Source: an uncultured Bacilli bacterium (GTDB lineage: Bacteria; Bacillota_I; Bacilli_A; RF39; UBA660). From it: a stretch of 64,000 bases of DNA. Of the stretch, positions 31,749 to 41,906 are shown piece after piece. Each line of letters opens with the position of its first letter. The stretch's first letter is position 1. The notes beneath the pieces were generated by a model. That model saw nothing but the letters and a program-made list of their open reading frames with translations, had not been told where the DNA came from and did not search any database. The stretch is taken from the NCBI GenBank assembly GCA_934098745.1, contig CAKOPG010000008.1, positions 6,897 to 70,896 on the forward strand. The letters are read 5' to 3'. The position numbers and the translations under genes were made by a program.

Positions 31749-32222
31749 ATGAGAAAATCATTAGTAGTATATTTTACTTGTTCTAAAGAAACCGAAAAAG
31801 TAGCTAAAAAAATTGCTGAAGTAGTAGATGGCGAACTTCACGAAATTATCCCTGAAGCAGCTTATACCGAGGAAGATCTTAATTGGCAGGACAAAAACAG
31901 TCGTAGTTCTGTAGAAATGGCAGATGAGTCTTCTCGTCCGGCTATTAAAAATAAAATAGACAATATAACTGATTATGATACCATATATCTAGGCTTTCCA
32001 ATTTGGTGGTACGTAGCTCCAAGAATTATCAACACTTTCTTAGAAAGTTATAATTTTGCCAATACAAAAATTATCTTGTTCTGTACCTCTGGTGGAAGTA
32101 GTTTAGATAATGCTTATTCATCTCTTAAAAAGGAATACCATTATAATTTCCTTAAAGGAGACAGATTTTCTCCAAGCATTTCCAAAGAAGAACTACAAAA
32201 TAAGTTAAATAATATACAATAG
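31749..32222 (+). CDS. flavodoxin-family protein
   Basis: 157 aa. VVYFTCSKETEKVA phosphate-binding start and the GFPIWWYVAP FMN loop. Hairpin terminator agtagat-tttt-atctact directly after the stop. Confidence 0.75.
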   Translation: MRKSLVVYFTCSKETEKVAKKIAEVVDGELHEIIPEAAYTEEDLNWQDKNSRSSVEMADESSRPAIKNKIDNITDYDTIYLGFPIWWYVAPRIINTFLESYNFANTKIILFCTSGGSSLDNAYSSLKKEYHYNFLKGDRFSPSISKEELQNKLNNIQ

Positions 32223-32345
32223 TAGATTTTTATCTACTATTTTCTTTTGCCAATTAATGATCATCTAAAAATCAAGCCTTAATGTAATATATTAGTTTAT
32301 GCAATATACCATCTTTTTCATATCTTATTATAGGGAGGTCACTTT

Positions 32346-32921
32346 ATGGCAACAAATAAATATCAAAAATTACAAGAAGATATAAACTTGAGAAGAAAGT
32401 TATTAAACTTAGGAATTTGTAACTCTATTATAGGACCAGCCGGGCCAAAAGGGGATAAGGGTGATAGAGGAGAAATAGGGCCACCAGGACCAATAATTCC
32501 GTCATCTAATGAAGCTATATTTTTTACTAGTTTAGAAGATACAAATACTACGGAAGCTATGCCTTTAAATGATATCTGGATTATTCCTAGCAATACTGAA
32601 TATTTTACCGTTATAAGTGATACCGAAGTTTCTGTAGAACCAGGGATTTATGAAATAGTTCTTTCTGGTTTAATCAGTCAAGTAGATGATACTCATGGTG
32701 CCACGTTTTATTTGAAAAATACATCTGGTTCAGCAATAAAAGACTTGTCTTTCCAACTACTAGCCGGCCCAACTAAACAAATGTATTTTTCACAAGACAT
32801 TATCTTTAGATTTGAAGATACCACAACTTTAGAAGTAATGGCATCAATTGAAGGAGATGAAGGCACTTCAAACGTCACTATAACAGATGTAAATTTATTA
32901 CTAAAAAAAATTCATGAATAA
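32346..32921 (+). CDS. collagen-like triple-helix repeat protein with a BclA/C1q-like C-terminal domain
   Basis: 191 aa. Seven G-X-Y triplets (GPAGPKGDKGDRGEIGPPGP) followed by a ~135-aa beta-rich domain, as in BclA-type exosporium proteins. Terminator agcgga-gaaa-tctgct plus T-run after the stop. Confidence 0.6.
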   Translation: MATNKYQKLQEDINLRRKLLNLGICNSIIGPAGPKGDKGDRGEIGPPGPIIPSSNEAIFFTSLEDTNTTEAMPLNDIWIIPSNTEYFTVISDTEVSVEPGIYEIVLSGLISQVDDTHGATFYLKNTSGSAIKDLSFQLLAGPTKQMYFSQDIIFRFEDTTTLEVMASIEGDEGTSNVTITDVNLLLKKIHE

Positions 32922-33104
32922 GCGGAGAAATCTGCTTTTTTCAAAAAATGCAAACTAGCATTAACAGAAATTATTAAATATTTAACATCTTGTAAAACTA
33001 GTCACATTTTTCTATCTTAATACCTAAAAGAAATTCAAAAACTGTTCCATTTTAAAAATTTGCATAATATAGATAATTATGATATATAAAGAATATAATT
33101 TAAT

Positions 33105-33470
33105 ATGATTGATTATGAAAGAATTAGAGAAACAAAAATAGAAGACTTCATATTTATAATTTATTATATAATCATTACCATCTCAATATATTCTAATATG
33201 GTAGAAAGAGAATACCTAAAATATCATGACAATAATCTAAAAGAAAAATATAGATCACTACTATATATAATATATGGCATCGCTTTTTTAGTATATTTAT
33301 ATTACACTATATCTAGTTATAAAGATTATAAAAGTAGTACTAATTATGCAGAAAAAAGATTAAAAGAATTATCTCTTATAGCTAGTATCTTAGCACTTAT
33401 TAGTGGAATTATTTATTTATATATAATTTATAAAGATCAAGATATTTCCGTAGAACTAGCCTTTAATTAG
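33105..33470 (+). CDS. small integral membrane protein, unknown function
   Basis: 121-aa ORF with three predicted TM helices. No RBS-quality or motif support. Confidence 0.4.
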   Translation: MIDYERIRETKIEDFIFIIYYIIITISIYSNMVEREYLKYHDNNLKEKYRSLLYIIYGIAFLVYLYYTISSYKDYKSSTNYAEKRLKELSLIASILALISGIIYLYIIYKDQDISVELAFN

Positions 33471-33702
33471 ACAATATTTATAAACATATTAAATTATAAT
33501 AATTTTAAAGGAAGTGATAAAATATATTAATTATCTACGGGGCTTTAATAACGTTAATATTAATTATTTTTTTCTATATATCTTTAGGAATATTTTTCTT
33601 ATTAGAAAGAGATAGATAAAGGGATTAAAGCTCTTTTTATTTATTTAACCAATTTTTATCTAATTTTTTTGAAAATATTGTCTAATATTATGTTATAATT
33701 AT

Positions 33703-34404
33703 ATGGTAGAGGTGTATATGATGGAAGAAATAGATTTAAAAGAACTGTTTGAATATTTTAAAGGAAAGCTCGGTTTAATAGTAACAGTTACTATTGGGAT
33801 ATGTTTAATTGGCTGTATTTATGGTTTATTTGTTCAAAAACCAATGTACAAATCTTATACTACAGTTATTCTAAGTAGTAATGCTACATCTAATAGCCAA
33901 ACTATTACTCAAGGAGATGTAACCTTAAATAAAAACTTAGTTACTACTTATGCCGAAATAGTTACCTCACGCAGAGTAATTGATCAAGTAATCGAAGAGC
34001 TTAACTTAGATACTTCGTATGAAAGCCTTAAAAATAAAATATCAGTAAATTCGGTAAATAATACTGAAATTATTAAAATTACTGTTACTGATACCGATGC
34101 CATTAGAGCCAAAAATATTGCAAACGTTACCGCCAATTATTTTAAAAAAGAAATAATGGAATTATATAATATGAATAATGTTAATACTCTAGATGAGGCT
34201 ATTCAAGCCAAAGATGCTTATAACATTAATGTTATAAAACAAGTAATTATCTATTTTGTGATAGGATTTATATTATCTGCGGGAATAGTATTTGTTATTT
34301 TCTATTTTGATAGAACCATTAAATCAGTAGAACAAGTAGAACAAAAAATTAAATTGCCAATTCTTGGTAATGTTGAAGAATATATTAAGGGGGAACGTAA
34401 GTAA
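33703..34404 (+). CDS. Wzz/CpsC/YveK-type chain-length regulator (tyrosine-kinase modulator)
   Basis: Two TM helices flank a periplasmic-type domain. Precedes the cognate BY-kinase. The true start is more likely the ATG at 33718 or 33721, after the GAGGTG. Confidence 0.75.
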   Translation: MVEVYMMEEIDLKELFEYFKGKLGLIVTVTIGICLIGCIYGLFVQKPMYKSYTTVILSSNATSNSQTITQGDVTLNKNLVTTYAEIVTSRRVIDQVIEELNLDTSYESLKNKISVNSVNNTEIIKITVTDTDAIRAKNIANVTANYFKKEIMELYNMNNVNTLDEAIQAKDAYNINVIKQVIIYFVIGFILSAGIVFVIFYFDRTIKSVEQVEQKIKLPILGNVEEYIKGERK

Positions 34405-35072
34405 TGAAAGACGAATTAGTTATTTATAACAAACCTAAATCCAATATTAGTGAAGATATTAGAACTATTAGAACTAATTTAATGTTTACTTCTTCTGATG
34501 AAGAATCTAAAGTAATATTAGTAACTAGTTCAGTTCCCGGAGAGGGTAAGAGTTTTATCAGTAGTAATTTAGCAGCAGCTTTTGCTCAAACTGGTGAAGC
34601 AACCTTATTAATAGATAGTGACCTTAGATTAGGGCGAGTTCATAAAATATTTGGTATATCTAACAGCAAAGGACTATCCAATTTACTAATAGATGAAGAT
34701 GTTATAGATTGTGCTGAATATATCAAAAAAACGTCCGTAGAAAACTTATATGTTATTCCCAGGGGAACTGTTCCTCCTAATCCAAGTGAATTACTAAATA
34801 GTAGTAATACCAAAAAAGCGATTAAATTTCTAAAGGAAAACTTCGATCATATTATTTTTGATGGTGTTCCCGTTAATGGTTTACCAGATTCATTGATTAT
34901 GGCCAGTTTAGTTGACCGTGTAGTTATTGTATGTTCTTCTGGATACACCAAAATAGATGAATTAAACGAAACCAAAAAAGCCTTAGAAAAAATAGATGCT
35001 AACATAGCAGGCGTCGTAGTAAATAGAACTGCTCAAACCAAAAGAGGAAAGTATTCTAATTATTATGAATAA
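34404..35072 (+). CDS. CpsD/CapB/YwqD-type bacterial tyrosine kinase
   Basis: 222 aa. Walker A SSVPGEGKS, Walker A' LLIDSDLR, Walker B IIFDGVP. C-terminal Y-containing tail (KYSNYYE). Confidence 0.85.
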   Translation: MKDELVIYNKPKSNISEDIRTIRTNLMFTSSDEESKVILVTSSVPGEGKSFISSNLAAAFAQTGEATLLIDSDLRLGRVHKIFGISNSKGLSNLLIDEDVIDCAEYIKKTSVENLYVIPRGTVPPNPSELLNSSNTKKAIKFLKENFDHIIFDGVPVNGLPDSLIMASLVDRVVIVCSSGYTKIDELNETKKALEKIDANIAGVVVNRTAQTKRGKYSNYYE

Positions 35073-35083
35073 AGGAGGGTATT

Positions 35084-35800
35084 ATGACAGACATACATTC
35101 ACACATACTATTTGGTATTGATGACGGTAGCAATGACATTGAAGAAAGTATTTTGCTACTCAAAAGAATGGCAGCAGCCGGATTTAACCATGTTATCTTA
35201 ACTCCTCACTACATAGAAGGATCAGATTATAGTGTTGAAAATCCTGAAAAAGACAAAAGATTTGCTATGCTAAAAGAAGCCATTAAAGAAAATAACTTAA
35301 ATATTGAAATACATCTAGGTAATGAAATATTCATTCATAATCATCTATTATCTTCTATTGAAAATAACAAGTGTTATGGTTTAAATAAAGGAAAATATCT
35401 ATTAATAGAATTGCCTTTTCATAATCAAATACTTAATTTAGAAGATATTATCTATGAAATAAAAATTCAAGGATACACTCCTGTTATTGCCCATCCGGAA
35501 AGATATAGTTATTTTCAAAATGATTACTCTTTAGTAGATGCTTTAAAAGAAGAAGATGTCTTATTTCAATGTAATTATTCAAGTATTTTAGGTTATTATC
35601 ATAAAGAAAGTGAAAAACTAATTAAATATATGCTAAAAAAAAGATATGTAGATTATTTAGGAACTGATATTCATCATACAAATAAAGCCTTTGTTCTAGA
35701 TAATTTTAATAAAATAATAAAACATATTAAAAAAATAACTGGTAATGAGTATTTTGAGAAAATTATGAATAATTGTAACGATTTAGTAAATGATAAGTAG
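35084..35800 (+). CDS. CpsB/CapC/YwqE-type PHP-domain tyrosine phosphatase
   Basis: 238 aa. DIHSHILFGIDDG N-terminus, TPHY, AHPERY and GTDIHH metal-binding blocks. Confidence 0.85.
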   Translation: MTDIHSHILFGIDDGSNDIEESILLLKRMAAAGFNHVILTPHYIEGSDYSVENPEKDKRFAMLKEAIKENNLNIEIHLGNEIFIHNHLLSSIENNKCYGLNKGKYLLIELPFHNQILNLEDIIYEIKIQGYTPVIAHPERYSYFQNDYSLVDALKEEDVLFQCNYSSILGYYHKESEKLIKYMLKKRYVDYLGTDIHHTNKAFVLDNFNKIIKHIKKITGNEYFEKIMNNCNDLVNDK

Positions 35801-35809
35801 TTGATATTA

Positions 35810-37255
35810 ATGAAAAAAGATTTAAAGAAGAAGAAATTAAAAATTAGTATTATAGGTATTGTTCTAGGATTATTACTGGTAGGAATGACTATTTCCCTAG
35901 TATTATTAATTAATATGTTCGATATTATTCCTAATAATTATTATAATCTAATTATAGCAGTCCTAATTACTATAAATATTATCTTAAATATCTTGTTACT
36001 ATTCAAATTTAAAAACAAAATACTAAAAATATTACACATTATTTCTATTATAATTACTGCTTTATTATTAATTACTTTTTCTATAGGAATATATTATTTA
36101 AACAAAACTAAAAATCTCTTTGATAATATATCTATTATTAAAGAAGAAGTTACTGATTATTACATTGTAGTCCTTAGTGATTCTATTTATCAAGAACCAT
36201 CTGATTTATATGGTAAAAACTTAGCTTACTATGATAAAACTTCAAAAGAAGTTCTTAATAGTATTAAATTAGATTTAACATATACCGAAGAAAATGATAT
36301 TGTTAATCTTAAAAATATGTTGTTTAATAAAAAAGTAGATGCCATCTTAATTAGTGATATTATTAAAAATAAATATACTGAAGATGACAGTGATTTTGAA
36401 AGTAAAATCAAAATATTAAAAACTATTTCTATAAAGAAAGAAATTGAAGATATTACCAAGAGAGTATCTATAAAAAATACTCCTTATAATGTATTAATAA
36501 GTGGTATTGATACATATGGTGACATCAATAAAACTTCGAGAAATGATGTCAATATAGTAGCTACAATTAACCCTAATACTGATGAAATATTACTAACTTC
36601 TATTCCAAGAGACTATTATGTTCAATTACACGGAACAGAAGGTTATAAAGACAAACTTACCCACGCTAGTTATTATGGTATTAATATGGCTGTACAGACT
36701 ATTGAAGATATTTTTGATATAGATATTAATTATTATGTAAAAGTTAATTTTACAACAGTAATCGATCTAGTAGATGAAATAAATGGGGTAGAAGTATATG
36801 CTGATCAAGCCGTGAATTTGCCTGGTTGTAAAATAAACCAAGGCATGAATAAACTTAATGGTACCTGTGCCTTAGCCTTTTCTAGAGAAAGATATTCCTA
36901 TATAGATGGCGACAGACATCGTGGCAGAAACCAGCAAGAAGTTATTAAAGCTATCTTTAATAAGCTAAGTAGTGGCACAACTATTTTAACCCAATATACC
37001 GATATTTTAGATGCTTTAGATGGCAAATTTGCCACAAACATGGACATGAATGAAATAATGAATTTTCTAAAGTATGAATTAAATGATTTAAAAGACTATA
37101 AAATAATAACCACTCAAGTAGATGGTTATGGTTCTATGGGACCTACATATTCTTATCCAGGTCAAGACTTATGGATAATGATACCTTATGAAGATACAAT
37201 TAATAATGCTAAAGATTTAATTAATAAAGTATTAAACAACGAAAAAATTGGTTAA
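35810..37255 (+). CDS. LytR-CpsA-Psr (LCP) family phosphotransferase
   Basis: ATG at 35810. N-terminal TM segments, NVLISGIDT....RNDVNIVATINP....LTSIPRD and ALAFSRERY....GDRHRGRNQQ blocks. Confidence 0.8.
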   Translation: MKKDLKKKKLKISIIGIVLGLLLVGMTISLVLLINMFDIIPNNYYNLIIAVLITINIILNILLLFKFKNKILKILHIISIIITALLLITFSIGIYYLNKTKNLFDNISIIKEEVTDYYIVVLSDSIYQEPSDLYGKNLAYYDKTSKEVLNSIKLDLTYTEENDIVNLKNMLFNKKVDAILISDIIKNKYTEDDSDFESKIKILKTISIKKEIEDITKRVSIKNTPYNVLISGIDTYGDINKTSRNDVNIVATINPNTDEILLTSIPRDYYVQLHGTEGYKDKLTHASYYGINMAVQTIEDIFDIDINYYVKVNFTTVIDLVDEINGVEVYADQAVNLPGCKINQGMNKLNGTCALAFSRERYSYIDGDRHRGRNQQEVIKAIFNKLSSGTTILTQYTDILDALDGKFATNMDMNEIMNFLKYELNDLKDYKIITTQVDGYGSMGPTYSYPGQDLWIMIPYEDTINNAKDLINKVLNNEKIG

Positions 37256-37263
37256 TAAATATA

Positions 37264-37296
37264 AAAGAGTATTACTATTTGTTAGTAATACTCTTT
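37264..37296. terminator. bidirectional hairpin terminator between convergent genes
   Basis: Perfect 14-bp stem aaagagtattacta / tagtaatactcttt with a 5-nt loop, flanked by A- and T-runs. Confidence 0.7.
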
Positions 37297-37311
37297 AATT
37301 ATTAAAATTAA

Positions 37312-38172
37312 TTATCTATTATTAGGTCGTTTACTGTCATAACCCAATGTCTTAGCAAGATTAGCACTTATTAAATATGAAGAAGGTTTATTACTTTTAA
37401 AATAATTATCTGCTGTCTTTCTATGTTCATCATCTAATAGATTAGCCATAACATTTATCTTTGTTAGTAATCTTAAATTATTATAAGTATCAAAAACGAA
37501 TTGATCATGATTAGTATTCGTTTTATATGGATGATCCTTTAAATGATCAATACAGTCTTCTATTCGGTACAACCAATTATCTTGAAATTCTGTCAAATCT
37601 ATACCTGTAGTAGATTCTATCCAAGATAAATCTAATTTAGGTAAATAATCAAAGTCGTTTTTTACAAATTGATCTTCCAAAAAATCATGGTCTTTTGGAT
37701 ATAAAGTAGACTCAATACTATGTTTTTTTAAAAGTTCATTTTTAAATTTTTCATCTTTTGGGTTATTCGCCCATGTACCTTCAATTAAAGCACCTGTTTT
37801 ATTATGGATTTCCATTTCTAATAATGACATTATAATATCATCGAAAGAATGGCCGTCATAGACTGTAATCATATCGGGATCCTTAGTAATTAGTTTTCTT
37901 CTTTCGGATAATTTTCTTTCACAACGAACTCTTCCTTGTACTAGTTCTGGATGATTATTTAATTCCAGTAGGAGCGTATCTATATCTTGTACGGTAAGAG
38001 ACTGGTATAATCTTTTTTCCTCTTGAATAATTTTATATAAATTTAACTTATCCTCATATATTCTCTTTGCATCGCTAGTTTCTAAACTTTTAGTAGCTGC
38101 TAATGTATAATATTTCTTTTCTACCAAATAAGAAACTTGACGTAATCTATTAAGAACATCTATTACTTTCAT
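37312..38172 (-). CDS. unknown-function protein, paralogue 1 of 3
   Basis: 286 aa. Shares blocks with the two neighbours: LYK.I..E, R.ERKL.ER, IPxxDxxWI. Confidence 0.6.
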   Translation of the reverse strand: MKVIDVLNRLRQVSYLVEKKYYTLAATKSLETSDAKRIYEDKLNLYKIIQEEKRLYQSLTVQDIDTLLLELNNHPELVQGRVRCERKLSERRKLITKDPDMITVYDGHSFDDIIMSLLEMEIHNKTGALIEGTWANNPKDEKFKNELLKKHSIESTLYPKDHDFLEDQFVKNDFDYLPKLDLSWIESTTGIDLTEFQDNWLYRIEDCIDHLKDHPYKTNTNHDQFVFDTYNNLRLLTKINVMANLLDDEHRKTADNYFKSNKPSSYLISANLAKTLGYDSKRPNNR

Positions 38173-38240
38173 ACCATAACCTCTTTCTATAATACATAAT
38201 TATTATACATGTAGTAAAGAAAAAAAGCAAGTAAAAGAAC

Positions 38241-39047
38241 CTAAATCAATCTAAGTTCTCGTACCTTGACTTTTATTTCCTCTTTAATACTATCCGGTAA
38301 ATATAATCCCTCACTATAATGATATTTTGCCAGTTTTTCTAGATGATTACCATCCAGATAAGAAATAAGTACCGAAGCTTCAGTTTCTTCTTTCAAAATA
38401 TTATATACATCATCATATTCTGTAGATGGAATACCTTTAATTTTTCTTAAAAACATAATCGTATCTATAAGTGCATTAAATAAATAATCCTCTATATCGT
38501 TTGAATCTACACCTGTTTTCTTGATTAACCAATTAAAATCATATACCGGAATATTTTCAAACCCATAATAAATACCTTGCATTTCATGATAAGTTGTTCT
38601 AATAGGATTACAATAAGTATCATATCTATAATGTTCTCGTAAATCTTCTTTCATTTTACCTTCAAAAGTGTCTATTCTTTTACCAAGTAAATCATGTGTC
38701 TGAATATCTATAACTGCATCTATAAGTTCTCCCATCGAATAATCTCTATAAGTAATTAGTCCCTTTTTCTTCCCCTCTAAATAACATTTTCTTTCATTTA
38801 ATTTTTGTCTACATCTATCAGATACCATAGCAAGTTCAGAATGAATACTTAATTCTTCAAGTAAAGCAATTATTTCAGACATATTAAGACTATTAAAAAC
38901 CATTTTTTCATGCATAATAGCTTTATACAAATTCTTCATACATTCGTCTTGCTTATCACTACCACCAATACTACTTAAATAAAGTTCTTCATAACTTTCA
39001 TTAGTTTTCCCCGTTAAATATATTAATTTATATAATAATTCCTCCAT
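38241..39047 (-). CDS. unknown-function protein, paralogue 2 of 3
   Basis: 268 aa. LYKAIMHEK, CRQKLNERK, VIDIQTHDLLGKRI and YGFENIPVYDFNWLI blocks shared with 39057..39908. Confidence 0.6.
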   Translation of the reverse strand: MEELLYKLIYLTGKTNESYEELYLSSIGGSDKQDECMKNLYKAIMHEKMVFNSLNMSEIIALLEELSIHSELAMVSDRCRQKLNERKCYLEGKKKGLITYRDYSMGELIDAVIDIQTHDLLGKRIDTFEGKMKEDLREHYRYDTYCNPIRTTYHEMQGIYYGFENIPVYDFNWLIKKTGVDSNDIEDYLFNALIDTIMFLRKIKGIPSTEYDDVYNILKEETEASVLISYLDGNHLEKLAKYHYSEGLYLPDSIKEEIKVKVRELRLI

Positions 39048-39056
39048 AAAATCACC

Positions 39057-39908
39057 TTAATTCATTTTCCTTTTAATTAACTTTCTGATACTATCATCAA
39101 TAATTTTATTTTTTATCGAATAATTTTTTTCGTATTCATTCCTAATTTTTAATACGTATTCCTTACTTAATAAGTTTAATATCATTTCAAATTCTATAAC
39201 CGTCGTCAAATAAGCATATGTATCTTCCATAAAATGATCATTATCAGCACTAATAATATATGGTTTCTTCACCAACGCATCCAAAATATTCTTAAGTCGT
39301 TTAAATAAAAATCTTTGTAGTTCATGATAATTTATTTTAACATTTTCTGCTATCCAATTAAAATCATATTCTGGAATATTTTCAAATCCATATATAATAG
39401 CTAAATCTTCTGAAAAATTATTTAAAGAAGGATAAATATATGTATCTTCCAAGTGTTCTTGCTTTAATCCGTCATGCAATATTTCTTCCATACTATTAAG
39501 AGGCTTTGTCTCCATAATTCTTTTTCCTACTAGTTTATGAACTTGAATATCTATAACACTATTAATAACATCATTTAAAGAATATTTTTTATAAGTACTT
39601 CTAATATTACCTTCAGTAAGCAGACATCTTTTTCTCTCAGTTAATTTTCTTTCTACTCGCCATATTCCATCACCATAATTATCTTTATTCAAATTAAGAT
39701 ATTCAAGTAACTTTTCAACCTCTTCTTTAGATAAATCATTATATGCTTTTCTTTCATACATAATAGCTTTATATAGTCTACGTTCTATTAAAGATATCTC
39801 TTTCTTCATACATCCAGCAGCTACTAATTCATCATAAATCATTATAACATTTAATGAATATCCCCTTAATTTATCAATTATTTCTTTAAGCACAATATCT
39901 TTATCCAT
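39057..39908 (-). CDS. unknown-function protein, paralogue 3 of 3
   Basis: 283 aa. LYKAIMYERK, VERKLTERK, VIDIQVHKLVGKRI and YGFENIPEYDFNWIA. Only 9 nt separate it from the next paralogue. Confidence 0.6.
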   Translation of the reverse strand: MDKDIVLKEIIDKLRGYSLNVIMIYDELVAAGCMKKEISLIERRLYKAIMYERKAYNDLSKEEVEKLLEYLNLNKDNYGDGIWRVERKLTERKRCLLTEGNIRSTYKKYSLNDVINSVIDIQVHKLVGKRIMETKPLNSMEEILHDGLKQEHLEDTYIYPSLNNFSEDLAIIYGFENIPEYDFNWIAENVKINYHELQRFLFKRLKNILDALVKKPYIISADNDHFMEDTYAYLTTVIEFEMILNLLSKEYVLKIRNEYEKNYSIKNKIIDDSIRKLIKRKMN

Positions 39909-40002
39909 AAATTAATCCCCCAAGCAATTAACTATTATAATATATTTAATAAAATTATGCAATTATTTGCTATTTTTCTATATTTATGCTATTATTAATT
40001 AG

Positions 40003-40815
40003 ATGTTTATGAAATTCAAAAAAGTATATATTGAAATTACTAATAGATGTAATTTAAACTGTGATTTTTGCATTAAAAATCAAAGGAAAATTAAAGATAT
40101 GACTATCGAAGAATATAAAATAATTATTAATAAAATTAAAGATTATACTAAAGAAATTTATCTTCATATTATGGGTGAACCCTTATTACATAAAGATATT
40201 CTAAAGTTTATCGAATATGCTAACAGTAATAAATTATTAGTAAATATTACTACTAATGGGTACTTAATAGATAAAATTAAAGATAGTAAACATATTCATC
40301 GGTTAAATATCTCTCTACATAGTTTTAATGATAAATATAAAGTACCATTAAATGTATATTTAGATAAAATATTTACTGTTATTGATAATTTAAAAGATCA
40401 TACTTTTATAAGTCTAAGATTATGGATTAAAGATAAGAATACCATAAATATCTTAAAATATATAAATAAAAGATATAACATGAATATAACTCTCAATAAT
40501 AATGAAAAAATAAAAATAAGTAATAACTTGATAATTGATACCTTCCATGAATTTATTTGGCCCGATATGGCCAATAGTTATTATAATGAATCTGGTAAAT
40601 GTTATGGTCTAATAAATCATTTTGGTATTCTCGTAGATGGTAGGGTAGTTCCCTGTTGCCTAGATTCCAAGGGACTTATTAACTTAGGTAATATTTTTAC
40701 CGAAGAAGTTCCCCAAATCTTAGAAAAGAAAATTGTCAAAGATATCCAAAATGGTTTTAGAAATAATAAAAAATGTCACGAATTATGTCGGCATTGTAGT
40801 TTTTTAGGTGATTAA
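40003..40815 (+). CDS. radical SAM protein with a C-terminal Cys-rich (SPASM-like) region
   Basis: 270 aa. ITNRCNLNCDFC (CxxxCxxC), MGEPLL, and a C-terminal ...CYG....VPCCLDSKG....C..LCRHC cluster. Confidence 0.7.
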   Translation: MFMKFKKVYIEITNRCNLNCDFCIKNQRKIKDMTIEEYKIIINKIKDYTKEIYLHIMGEPLLHKDILKFIEYANSNKLLVNITTNGYLIDKIKDSKHIHRLNISLHSFNDKYKVPLNVYLDKIFTVIDNLKDHTFISLRLWIKDKNTINILKYINKRYNMNITLNNNEKIKISNNLIIDTFHEFIWPDMANSYYNESGKCYGLINHFGILVDGRVVPCCLDSKGLINLGNIFTEEVPQILEKKIVKDIQNGFRNNKKCHELCRHCSFLGD

Positions 40816-41830
40816 ATTGAAATTATTAGATTGGAAAAAAGAAATAAAATATGATGAATTAAAAGAAGTTTGTAAGAGTCTTACTAATGGTGGCTTAGTA
40901 ATTTTTCCCACTGAGACCGTTTATGGCCTTGGAGCCGATATCCGTATGCCAAAATCTGTAGACAATATCTTTAAAGCTAAAGGTCGTGCTCAAGATAACC
41001 CTTTAATAGTTCATTTAGACTCTAAAGAAGAAATTACTAAATATGCTTATATTCAAAACGATATGGAAAGAAATTTGATCAATGCTTTTATGCCTGGACC
41101 ATTTACTTTAATCTTAAAGAAAAAAGACCTTGTTCCGGAAAATGTCTCTGCAGGTTTGGATACTGTGGGAATAAGAATTCCCTCAAATAAAATAGCTCAT
41201 GCCATTTTAAAAGAAGAACATATCCCTATAGCTGCGCCATCTGCCAACGTTTCAGGAAGACCATCCGGCACTAATATCAAAAGTATTTTTGAAGAATTTA
41301 AAGATAAAGTAGATTATATTATTGATGGCAGTGATACCGATATTGGCCTTGAATCAACCGTCGTAAAAGTAATTGCTGGCATTCCCACAATCCTAAGACC
41401 AGGCTTTATTACCAAAGAAGATATTATAGATGCCGTTGGCGTAGTAAAAGTAGATGATAACATTTTTACTCCCGCTACCGGTAGAGTAGAAAGCCCTGGT
41501 ATGAAATATAAACACTATGCTCCAAATAGCAAATGTACCCTGATATATATTCATGATACAAATGAAAGAATTAAATACTTCAGTAATCTTACTACTCCAA
41601 ATACTGTTATAATCGGCAGTAGCACCCTAAATAAAATTCCCTGTAAAAAGTTTTTATACTATGGTGATAAACTAGAAGAAATATCGCATAATATCTTTAC
41701 CTTATTAAGAGAAGCTGATAAATATAATCCCGAAATGATTTTAATTGAAGGCGTTTCTAAAGAAGGCTTAGGCCTAGCTATCATGAATAGATTAATTAGA
41801 GCTAGTAGTCATAATTATATTGAAAAATAA
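40808..41830 (+). CDS. tsaC: L-threonylcarbamoyladenylate synthase (Sua5/YwlC two-domain form)
   Basis: 340 aa. VIFPTETVYGLGAD, KGRAQDNPLIVH, PSANVSGRPS and the Sua5 C-terminal domain. Overlaps the radical SAM gene by 8 nt. Confidence 0.9.
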   Translation: MIKLKLLDWKKEIKYDELKEVCKSLTNGGLVIFPTETVYGLGADIRMPKSVDNIFKAKGRAQDNPLIVHLDSKEEITKYAYIQNDMERNLINAFMPGPFTLILKKKDLVPENVSAGLDTVGIRIPSNKIAHAILKEEHIPIAAPSANVSGRPSGTNIKSIFEEFKDKVDYIIDGSDTDIGLESTVVKVIAGIPTILRPGFITKEDIIDAVGVVKVDDNIFTPATGRVESPGMKYKHYAPNSKCTLIYIHDTNERIKYFSNLTTPNTVIIGSSTLNKIPCKKFLYYGDKLEEISHNIFTLLREADKYNPEMILIEGVSKEGLGLAIMNRLIRASSHNYIEK

Positions 41831-41906
41831 TATTTGATAAAACTTTAAGTTTTATCTTTTTTTTTGCTTTATCTTATGTTATAATTTTATTGTAGGAGAA
41901 TAAGAT

